Positions 26,079 through 31,638 of a stretch of 31,638 nucleotides of DNA are shown here, piece by piece. The notes beneath the pieces are model-generated. The model worked only from the letters and a program-made list of their open reading frames with translations. It had not been told where the DNA came from and ran no database searches. Where the stretch lies: IMG/VR virus record IMGVR_UViG_3300032218_000035, positions 1 to 31,638 of that record; one strand, given 5' to 3'. The translations under genes and the position numbers were made by a program. Source of the stretch: a virus. Taxonomy: Duplodnaviria > Caudoviricetes. The first letter of the stretch is position 1, and each line of letters begins with the position of its first letter.

Positions 26079-26254
26079 TTTTTGTCTTTCTGTTCGTTCA
26101 TGCGTTTTTTTAGGTCATCAGCAGCCGCTTGGCCTCGCCTCTTGGCAATGTCCGCTAGAGTTTGTTGCCACCAGTACTGGGCTTCTCCTCTGCCCTCCTC
26201 CAGTAGCTTTTTGCGATAGCGTTTGATCCACTCGGTTGCCTCGGTGTATCTCAT
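26075..26254 (-). CDS. Small basic hypothetical protein
   Basis: MRYTEATEWIKRYRKK...DIAKRRGQAAADDLKKRM; AGGAG SD before ATG 26254; ATGA-coupled to rusA. Confidence 0.6.
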   Translation of the reverse strand: MRYTEATEWIKRYRKKLLEEGRGEAQYWWQQTLADIAKRRGQAAADDLKKRMNEQKDKK

Positions 26255-26354
26255 AGTCTCCTGTAAGTTCAAGCGCCCTTGTGATGACAAATTCGCTATA
26301 TTGTTGACCTTCTCTGACCCGATCAAGGATTCTGTTTGCTTCATAGTGATTCAC
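26118..26354 (-). CDS. Hypothetical protein (GTG start)
   Basis: MNHYEANRILDRVREG...ITRALELTGD; GGAG SD; starts directly after the stop of the frame-B MTase ORF; 3' half overlaps the next gene. Confidence 0.5.
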   Translation of the reverse strand: MNHYEANRILDRVREGQQYSEFVITRALELTGDYEIHRGNRVDQTLSQKATGGGQRRSPVLVATNSSGHCQEARPSGC

Positions 26355-27345
26355 TTAGGATTCTCCAGGCTGTTGCTGCACAGAGAGGGACTTGTCCATT
26401 TCCAATGGCTTTAAGTCTGTCCACCCTAGCGGCCACCCCATGAGCCACTCTACCCACATCGGGTTCAGTCCTCCAGACTCCTTTTGCGTTGTGCCAAGTT
26501 CTATTGCTATTGTCCGAGGAAGTGAACTCTGTTGACGACCTGGTGCGTTGCTCATTCCCGCCTTGTGATCTTGAGCATTGGGTGTTGGAAATTTCTTTTT
26601 CCAAGTTCTGTGGTTTTCCAGTTTCGGCAAATTGAGCATTTGCTCCGCTTCCAACTTGGTTATCACTCCTTGTTCTATTTTCTCGATCAGATTTCCCACC
26701 ATCCCCTCTGCCGCATGACCATAACTTTTGGTCGCTGGCGTAGGCCATTTCGCTTGTATTTCTGGATTGCTTAACTTGTAATTGATTCCGCCTTTGGCTT
26801 TCCAACTGTTGCTCGTAGGTTGATTTTTGTAATCTGTTGCTGATGGTGTTGGCAGCTTTTCCGACAATCCAGATTCTGTCCCTCTGATGGTTTGCTCCAA
26901 CATCTGCTGCTCCCAACACTCCCCATCGCGCATTAAACCCCATTGAGGCCAAGTCTCCGAGAACTCGTCCAAGTCCCCTAGAAGTGAGCATTGGTGAGTT
27001 TTCCACGAACACGAACTTGGGTCGTACTTCGTAAATGATCCTCGCCATTTCTCCCCACATACCGCTTCGTTCTCCATCAATCCCTGCGCCTTTTCCTGCT
27101 GCTGAGATGTCTTGGCATGGAAATCCTCCAGATACAACATCAACAATTTCTCGCCAAGGTTTTCCGTCAAAGGTTTGTACATCATCCCAAATCGGGAAAG
27201 GCGGGAGAAGCCCGTCATTTTGTCTGGCGCACAGTACGCTTGCTGGGTATTGTTCCCATTCGACTGCACAGACTGTTCTCCAACCAAGGAGGTGTCCACC
27301 AAGTATTCCTCCACCAGCGCCTGCGAAAAGAGCCAACTCATTCAT
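26341..27345 (-). CDS. C5-cytosine DNA methyltransferase, catalytic (alpha) polypeptide
   Basis: Motif I LFAGAGG, IV GGFPCQDIS, VI ENSP, VIII HQRDRIWIVG and X LKAIGNGQVP. No recognisable TRD or motif IX in this frame. Confidence 0.9.
   Translation of the reverse strand: MNELALFAGAGGGILGGHLLGWRTVCAVEWEQYPASVLCARQNDGLLPPFPIWDDVQTFDGKPWREIVDVVSGGFPCQDISAAGKGAGIDGERSGMWGEMARIIYEVRPKFVFVENSPMLTSRGLGRVLGDLASMGFNARWGVLGAADVGANHQRDRIWIVGKAANTISNRLQKSTYEQQLESQRRNQLQVKQSRNTSEMAYASDQKLWSCGRGDGGKSDRENRTRSDNQVGSGANAQFAETGKPQNLEKEISNTQCSRSQGGNEQRTRSSTEFTSSDNSNRTWHNAKGVWRTEPDVGRVAHGVAARVDRLKAIGNGQVPLCAATAWRILSESL
26355..27341 (-). CDS. Alternative-frame (beta) polypeptide of the methyltransferase, carrying TRD-like repeats and motif IX
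   Basis: 328 codons open, nested in the alpha gene; three [LWF]PTP units; LNPMWVEWLMGWPLGWT (motif IX-like); ATG coupled to the upstream stop. Confidence 0.75.
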   Translation of the reverse strand: MSWLFSQALVEEYLVDTSLVGEQSVQSNGNNTQQAYCAPDKMTGFSRLSRFGMMYKPLTENLGEKLLMLYLEDFHAKTSQQQEKAQGLMENEAVCGEKWRGSFTKYDPSSCSWKTHQCSLLGDLDEFSETWPQWGLMRDGECWEQQMLEQTIRGTESGLSEKLPTPSATDYKNQPTSNSWKAKGGINYKLSNPEIQAKWPTPATKSYGHAAEGMVGNLIEKIEQGVITKLEAEQMLNLPKLENHRTWKKKFPTPNAQDHKAGMSNAPGRQQSSLPRTIAIELGTTQKESGGLNPMWVEWLMGWPLGWTDLKPLEMDKSLSVQQQPGES

Positions 27346-27532
27346 TGCCTTCCTTTCCGCTTAATGCTTCACGAACAATTGTTTTCTCGTGATTAAAAAT
27401 CGTAGAAAACTGATGCACAGATAACCAAATGATTGCTTCTTGACCATCTATGTTTTTTTGACTGATACAAACAAAACCATCACCTGTTCCATAAACCTCA
27501 GTTTCCATTTCTTTGGGCAAATAGATTGGCAT
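27338..27532 (-). CDS. Hypothetical protein
   Basis: 64 aa; AAGGAG SD; tiles between neighbours. Confidence 0.65.
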   Translation of the reverse strand: MPIYLPKEMETEVYGTGDGFVCISQKNIDGQEAIIWLSVHQFSTIFNHEKTIVREALSGKEGNE

Positions 27533-27534
27533 TT

Positions 27535-27900
27535 TTATCTCCTTAATTCTGCAAGTTTGGCTCGAATGTGATCTGGCATAGGTGCAGCTTTTTTGTGATC
27601 AGCTTGAATCTTTGCCAAGGCGGGGTCGATTGTGGGTTTTGGCTTCATTTCAGGCACTTCTGCGCCATCCCATCGTTGTTGGTTGAGATAGACCAAAGGG
27701 GCGGGAATAAAAGCACCATTGCCTTTAAGCCATTGCTCTGTGGTCTTTAACCATTCAATGTGTTTGATGATCTGGTCGGTTTGGGTTTCGCAGTAATGCT
27801 TATCCCATTTTTTTTTACATTCTGACTTCGCACCCTTTCTTGTTGATGCGGGCCATGCTTTCCAGAATCTCTCAAACCCTGTCTCAAATAATTCAGGCAT
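27535..27900 (-). CDS. Replication-initiator C-terminal-like domain protein (no N-terminal HTH)
   Basis: FERFWKAWP...K...W...FIPAPLVYLNQQRWD motif typical of phage replisome organiser C-termini. GGAG SD before ATG 27900; the ORF track start is 27951. Confidence 0.65.
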   Translation of the reverse strand: MPELFETGFERFWKAWPASTRKGAKSECKKKWDKHYCETQTDQIIKHIEWLKTTEQWLKGNGAFIPAPLVYLNQQRWDGAEVPEMKPKPTIDPALAKIQADHKKAAPMPDHIRAKLAELRR

Positions 27901-27974
27901 AGGTTCTCCAAGGGTGGATATACCACCTTTCTCCATCACTCTGTTTTCCATAATTCATCTTAATTTAGCTAACT

Positions 27975-28330
27975 AAAAACAAAAGCGACCAAGTGCGCTT
28001 GACGGGTCAATTCACTTATAGACTGGGCCTTGTTCCACCTTTGTACCCAATCCTTTACCAGTCGCTTAACCAACGCTGGTCGGCAAGTCAGGGGGTGTGT
28101 CCTGTTGTCGGTGTTTTCTTCCAAGCCATCCATGCAAATGCGCTGCTGTCGTGTGGAGTACGGACTGCCAAACGCAAAAACCCCATAAATCACTCTGCGG
28201 TCTTGGCTCTTGGCGAGAGCAACAACAAACGATTGAAACCAATCAAAAGTTCGCCTGTTGTCAGGCAAGACCGCACAGAAATCTATGGGGTTCGCAATTG
28301 GTTTCGTTCGCCTGATGCCACTCAGACGCT
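27975..28330 (-). ncRNA. Candidate structured RNA: cloverleaf (28179-28292) plus a downstream multi-hairpin domain
   Basis: Outer stem AACCCCATAAAT..TGCGGTCTT / AAGACCGCA..ATCTATGGGGTT encloses three 5-bp hairpins. TATAAT at 28340-28335 lies just upstream. Further stems at about 27990-28083. Confidence 0.6.
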
Positions 28331-28347
28331 TTCTATTATACATATTT

Positions 28348-28464
28348 TTAGTCTTTTGTGGGGATTACATAAAAAAGCCAGAAAAAAAGCAAAAACCACC
28401 AATAAAAGTCAGCTTCACCTATGAACAAAATAAATGCAAAGATGAAAAAAAAGATCAAGATCAT
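28348..28464 (-). CDS. Phe-rich membrane peptide (38 aa), not in the ORF track
   Basis: MILIFFFIFAFILFIGEADFYWWFLLFFWLFYVIPTKD; ATGA-coupled to the cro stop. Confidence 0.55.
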   Translation of the reverse strand: MILIFFFIFAFILFIGEADFYWWFLLFFWLFYVIPTKD

Positions 28465-28613
28465 TTGAACCACTCTGGTTTGAGGATCATTAATTGATAG
28501 AGGCGACCAGTTGGAATTGTTTTCCAATTGTGTACAGCCGCCCTAGTGAGGCCCAAGATGCGAGCAAGCTCACTCTGTGAGCCAGCAAGGGTGATAGCCT
28601 TTTGTTTATCCAT
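28461..28613 (-). CDS. cro: Cro-like HTH regulator (50 aa), not in the ORF track
   Basis: MDKQKAITLAGSQSELARILGLTRAAVHNWKTIPTGRLYQLMILKPEWFK; P22-Cro-type HTH at the divergence point. Confidence 0.85.
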   Translation of the reverse strand: MDKQKAITLAGSQSELARILGLTRAAVHNWKTIPTGRLYQLMILKPEWFK

Positions 28614-28619
28614 TTAACA

Positions 28620-28628
28620 AGTATAGCA
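28620..28628 (-). promoter_or_regulatory. Extended -10 promoter; probable leaderless cro mRNA
   Basis: TGC-TATACT, then 6 nt to ATG 28613; no SD. Confidence 0.55.
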
Positions 28629-28700
28629 AAATGAACAAAACACAATTTGCAAAAAAGCAACAACTAAGGGAAATCCCTAACATTTATTTTTAAAAAGGGG

Positions 28701-28728
28701 TTGATTGCAGTACACCAATCTATACAAT
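28701..28728 (+). promoter_or_regulatory. Rightward early promoter with an overlapping operator-like palindrome
   Basis: TTGATT-16 nt-TACAAT; GATTG-N8-CAATC at 28703-28720. Confidence 0.6.
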
Positions 28729-28771
28729 CACCCCATGCCCTGAACTTCTCGGGGTCTATTTAGGAAACCAA

Positions 28772-29044
28772 ATGATTGACTACAAACTCCGATACCACTT
28801 TGAAGAATTCGTCAGCTATGACGATGGTGACACGCTCGAAAAAGTCACAGTCGGGTATGACTACTACCCACCTGAAAAAAATTACCCCCACGAACCAGAC
28901 TGTGCAGAAATCTACGATGTGTTCATTTACAACCAAAAGGGTGATGACATTACTCTTGACTTGTCTAAAGAGAACACAGATCACATCATGTCTGAAGTCA
29001 AGATTCACCACGCTCGTATGCTGAAAGAACAAAATGAAATCTAA
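28772..29044 (+). CDS. Acidic hypothetical early protein
   Basis: 90 aa; AGGA SD; first gene after the rightward promoter. Confidence 0.65.
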   Translation: MIDYKLRYHFEEFVSYDDGDTLEKVTVGYDYYPPEKNYPHEPDCAEIYDVFIYNQKGDDITLDLSKENTDHIMSEVKIHHARMLKEQNEI

Positions 29045-29126
29045 GATTATTCAAACCATTGTTGAGTGCTTTTTGGCAATCGTCATCTTTGGCGGTTGGG
29101 GCGTGATGTTGGCATGGAGGGGTTAA
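29034..29126 (+). CDS. Single-TM peptide (30 aa), not in the ORF track
   Basis: MKSKIIQTIVECFLAIVIFGGWGVMLAWRG; fills the gap between neighbours. Confidence 0.55.
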   Translation: MKSKIIQTIVECFLAIVIFGGWGVMLAWRG

Positions 29127-29128
29127 CC

Positions 29129-29314
29129 ATGATTGACCAAATCAAAGATTATTTTCGTGTGCCATCACCAAAAGAGTTGGCTGCCAAAGAACTAGAAAAC
29201 GCCCAACGCAAGCTATTAGAGGCTTTTAGCGCCCAAGAATACGCAAAGCGCATGGCTGACTACCACTCCGACCGAATCAAACGCTTGACGGCCTATTTAA
29301 AGGAAGAATCATGA
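29129..29314 (+). CDS. Helical hypothetical protein
   Basis: MIDQIKDYFRVPSPKELAAKELENAQRKLL...; GGAGG SD before ATG 29129. Confidence 0.65.
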   Translation: MIDQIKDYFRVPSPKELAAKELENAQRKLLEAFSAQEYAKRMADYHSDRIKRLTAYLKEES

Positions 29315-29865
29315 GCATCGCTAATTTACTGACTTTGAATGTCAACGAACATACTGAGAAAAAAGCCAATCTGACTTACTTGTCATGGGCATGGGCATGG
29401 GCTGAAGCACTTAAGGCCGACCCCAAAGCCTCGTTCAAAGTAGAAATGTTTGGCGACAAGTGTTTCATGGACATAAACGGCACAGCGATGGTTTGGGTCA
29501 CAGTCACCATGTTTGACAAGCCAATGACTTGCCAGTTGCCCGTGATGGATCACCGCAACAAAGCCATTGTTGGCCCTGACGCTTTCCAAGTAAACACAGC
29601 CATCATGCGTTGCATGACCAAGGCACTCAGCTTGCATGGCCTCGGTTTATACATCTACAACGGAGATGATTTGCCCTCTTTCATAGAGCCTGAATCAACC
29701 ATTGACGCTGAAAGCATGATTGACTTGTTCAGAGCCATTGAGCAAGCCACCACCCAAGACGAACTCAAGGTTGCTTACAAAGTAGCGTATGCGGCTTGTG
29801 ATGGCGACAAAGCCTGGCAGATCAAAGTCATTGCTGCCAAAGACCAAGCAAAGGCAAAACTTTAA
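29311..29865 (+). CDS. Single-strand annealing protein, Sak3/DUF1071-like
   Basis: VNEHTEKK...LTYLSWAWAW...LPVMD...NTAIMRCMTKALSLHGLGLYIYNGDDLP. Confidence 0.85.
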   Translation: MSIANLLTLNVNEHTEKKANLTYLSWAWAWAEALKADPKASFKVEMFGDKCFMDINGTAMVWVTVTMFDKPMTCQLPVMDHRNKAIVGPDAFQVNTAIMRCMTKALSLHGLGLYIYNGDDLPSFIEPESTIDAESMIDLFRAIEQATTQDELKVAYKVAYAACDGDKAWQIKVIAAKDQAKAKL

Positions 29866-30119
29866 TGTGGAGGAAAAGACAAATTATGACTGATTGGACT
29901 AAAGAAGAAGATGAAGCCTTTAACGATGTTGAAAGACAAAGCAATCTTGGCAAACAAATATTGCGTGAAATTGAGGGTCAGCCTTACCTTTACGATTTGT
30001 TTGTGTCTGTATCACAGCGCAATCAGGTTTTAGAAGAAGTAGCCAAAGAGTTTGACAAGATGCCTTTTGGCGACACAGCCGCTAGTTTTTCCGCTTTTGT
30101 AAGGAGTATGAAGAAATGA
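29865..30119 (+). CDS. Hypothetical protein
   Basis: WTKEEDEAF...RNQVLEEVAKE; tiles within the operon (start may be the internal ATG at 29886). Confidence 0.6.
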   Translation: MWRKRQIMTDWTKEEDEAFNDVERQSNLGKQILREIEGQPYLYDLFVSVSQRNQVLEEVAKEFDKMPFGDTAASFSAFVRSMKK

Positions 30120-30742
30120 TAGAAATGATGGATCAAGGCTCAGAAGAATGGTTCACCATTCGCATCGGCAAAGTCACCGCTTCCCGTGTGGCAGATGTGA
30201 TTGCCAAGACAAAAACGGGTTACAGCGCAAGCCGTGACAACTACATGGCTCAATTAATCTGTGAACGCTTAACAGGTTTAAAAGGTGAAAGTTTCACCAA
30301 CGCTGCCATGCAACACGGCACAGACACAGAACCCCTTGCTAGAGCCGCTTATGAGGCTTTACAGGATGTTTTGGTTGATGAAGTGGGGTTTGTACCCCAT
30401 CCCAAAATTGAGATGGCGGGCGCTTCTCCTGATGGCTTGGTGGGCGATGATGGCCTGTTAGAGATTAAATGCCCCAACACAGCCACGCACATTGAGACTT
30501 TGATTTCCAAAGTAGTGCCAAGCAAATACAACACCCAGATGCAGTTTCAGATGGCTTGCACAGGGCGTAAGTGGTGCGATTTTGTCAGCTTTGACAATCG
30601 TTTACCTGAGATGTTTCAGTTGTTTGTAACAAGAGTCCCACGGGATGAAGTGTTTATCAGACTGATTGAATCGGAGATTGTCCAATTCATTGCCGAACTG
30701 GATGACAAAATTAATAAACTAATGAAAGTTAACCATGTCTAA
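30116..30742 (+). CDS. YqaJ / lambda-type 5'-3' exonuclease
   Basis: QGSEEWFTIRIGKVTAS, GASPDGLV, LEIKCP, QMQFQM, CDFVSFD. Confidence 0.92.
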   Translation: MIEMMDQGSEEWFTIRIGKVTASRVADVIAKTKTGYSASRDNYMAQLICERLTGLKGESFTNAAMQHGTDTEPLARAAYEALQDVLVDEVGFVPHPKIEMAGASPDGLVGDDGLLEIKCPNTATHIETLISKVVPSKYNTQMQFQMACTGRKWCDFVSFDNRLPEMFQLFVTRVPRDEVFIRLIESEIVQFIAELDDKINKLMKVNHV

Positions 30743-30971
30743 GCTGTACGAAATAACTATTGTTTCAGGTAAATACAAAAACAAAGATGGTGTGGAAAAA
30801 TCCCGCTATCAGAACATCGGCTCAGTTATTGAGACCAAGAACGGCCCAATGCTTAAACTTGACAGCATCCCATTGCCAGAGGGCGGTTGGAACGGCTGGG
30901 CATACCTGAACACCCCAAAGCCTAAAGAAGATAATAGGGGCTTTCCTGTGGATGATGACGCACCCTTTTGA
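30735..30971 (+). CDS. Small single-stranded DNA-binding-like protein
   Basis: Beta-rich core with an SSB-type acidic tail DDDAPF; follows the annealase and exonuclease genes. Confidence 0.65.
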   Translation: MSKLYEITIVSGKYKNKDGVEKSRYQNIGSVIETKNGPMLKLDSIPLPEGGWNGWAYLNTPKPKEDNRGFPVDDDAPF

Positions 30972-30976
30972 ATAAC

Positions 30977-31047
30977 GGGGGAAAAGCGGATGCTGTGGCA
31001 AAGTTTAATCTTAGCTTGCGGATGAACACAGTGCAGCGAGTACCCCC
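30977..31047 (+). ncRNA. Candidate structured intergenic RNA
   Basis: Nested stems GGGG/CCCC, GAAAA//GAGTA internal loop, GC/GC, CTGTG/CACAG, GCAA/TTGC. Confidence 0.55.
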
Positions 31048-31064
31048 ACCTTTTAGGAAATATC

Positions 31065-31391
31065 ATGGACTACAAAGACGCATTTAAAAGAATTTTCGCC
31101 ATGCCAGACTTTCCAAGAGTTAGGGCAAATGATCCCCTAACCTCATTTGAGGCAGCAGAATCCATCAAAGAAGCCGCCAATCACCACCACCAAGTTATCT
31201 TGGAGTGCTTACAAACTTATGGCGCACTAGGAAAAGATGGCATCTCAGACCTCACAAACCTTGATGGAAATCAGGTTGCCAGGCGGCTTAATGAAATGAA
31301 AATAATTGGCTTGATTGAATTGACAGGCAACACAGTCAAATCCAACTCAGGCCGAAACGAAAGAGAATGGCAATGTACCCAATCGGTCTGA
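31065..31391 (+). CDS. Winged-HTH DNA-binding protein
   Basis: RANDPLTSFEAA...ISDLTNLDGNQVARRLNEM...GLIELTG...SGRNEREW. Confidence 0.7.
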   Translation: MDYKDAFKRIFAMPDFPRVRANDPLTSFEAAESIKEAANHHHQVILECLQTYGALGKDGISDLTNLDGNQVARRLNEMKIIGLIELTGNTVKSNSGRNEREWQCTQSV

Positions 31392-31549
31392 ACGGCAGTC
31401 AGCCAGTTCATAGATTACGAACTTGTAATAAATGTGATGTAACCAAACCACCAGAGGGCGGGGTTGATATGGGGCATAAGTGGATTTGTCAGACTTGTTG
31501 GATTATGAGAACAACAGGCCAATACTTACGCCAATATCAAATTAAGTAA
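31367..31549 (+). CDS. Small zinc-finger protein
   Basis: CNKC...WICQTCW. Confidence 0.6.
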   Translation: MAMYPIGLNGSQPVHRLRTCNKCDVTKPPEGGVDMGHKWICQTCWIMRTTGQYLRQYQIK

Positions 31550-31637
31550 AAACCCTAGTGCCTTGTTTGTCAATGATCAAGGCTTGTTTGCGGGGTTCAC
31601 CGCCCGAAATGTTTGGAACGCTAATGTGTGTCCAACG
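31542..31637 (-). CDS. 3' end of a peptidase M15A-type endolysin; partial
   Basis: Manual translation ...RWTHISVPNISGGEPRKQALIIDKQGTRVFT*. WxH(I/V)S is the third Zn-ligand motif of M15A endolysins. Confidence 0.7.
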   Translation of the reverse strand, partial: RWTHISVPNISGGEPRKQALIIDKQGTRVFT

Positions 31638-31638
31638 A

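Noticed and set aside
26341-27345. Methyltransferase as a frameshifted pseudogene or assembly error
   Set aside because: Both frames are open end to end, and two compensating shifts would be needed (motif IX in frame B, motif X back in frame A); a nested-frame precedent exists
3-27750. Numerous plus-strand ORFs of 60-160 aa across the structural and nin regions
   Set aside because: Antisense shadows of well-supported, tightly tiled minus-strand genes; no motifs or SD support
28179-28292. tRNA gene
   Set aside because: Cloverleaf-like, but the arm lengths, loop sizes and absence of T-loop and D-loop consensus do not fit a tRNA
27969-28343. 124 aa minus-strand ORF, and plus-strand ORFs 27993-28424, 28097-28315 and 28258-28497
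   Set aside because: No SD or recognisable domain; the minus-strand ATG abuts the -10 box; the region is better explained by extensive base pairing (not fully excluded)
31543-31557. TAAGTAAAAACCCTA copy of the TAAG-N7-CCTA box
   Set aside because: Lies within the last codons of the endolysin and Zn-finger genes, so it may be coincidental
1-31638. CRISPR array, rRNA, IS elements, stop-codon reassignment
   Set aside because: No spaced direct repeats, rRNA-like sequence or transposase seen; genes tile fully under the standard code

Overview
Almost the whole genome (about 32 kb) of a small P22-like podovirus. A freshwater Betaproteobacterial host is an inference from gene content and style only. 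The minus strand (28.6 kb to 1) runs as follows: cro, a hidden Phe-rich membrane peptide, and a ~430-nt structured non-coding region. Next come a truncated replication-initiator-like gene, a C5 DNA methyltransferase encoded in two fully overlapping frames, RusA, NinB, a Zn-ribbon protein and an HNH-like protein. These are followed by a ferritin-like gene, small basic proteins, GroES, an LPD23 zincin, TerS/TerL, portal, scaffold and coat. The strand ends with fibres, a sulfotransferase + APS kinase pair inside the tail module, tailspike, gp4/gp10-like proteins, ejection proteins (one with an M15 peptidase domain) and the start of the lysis region. The plus strand (28.77-31.55 kb) is an early recombination operon (Sak3-like annealase, YqaJ exonuclease, SSB-like protein, a structured RNA, HTH). 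It converges on the 3' end of an M15A endolysin. No integrase, CI repressor, helicase, primase, tRNA or CRISPR array is visible. The top leads are the translationally coupled PAPS-supply + sulfotransferase cassette among the receptor-binding genes, the dual-frame split methyltransferase, and the cloverleaf/antisense-like RNA downstream of cro. All calls come from motif recognition by eye; no database searches were run.
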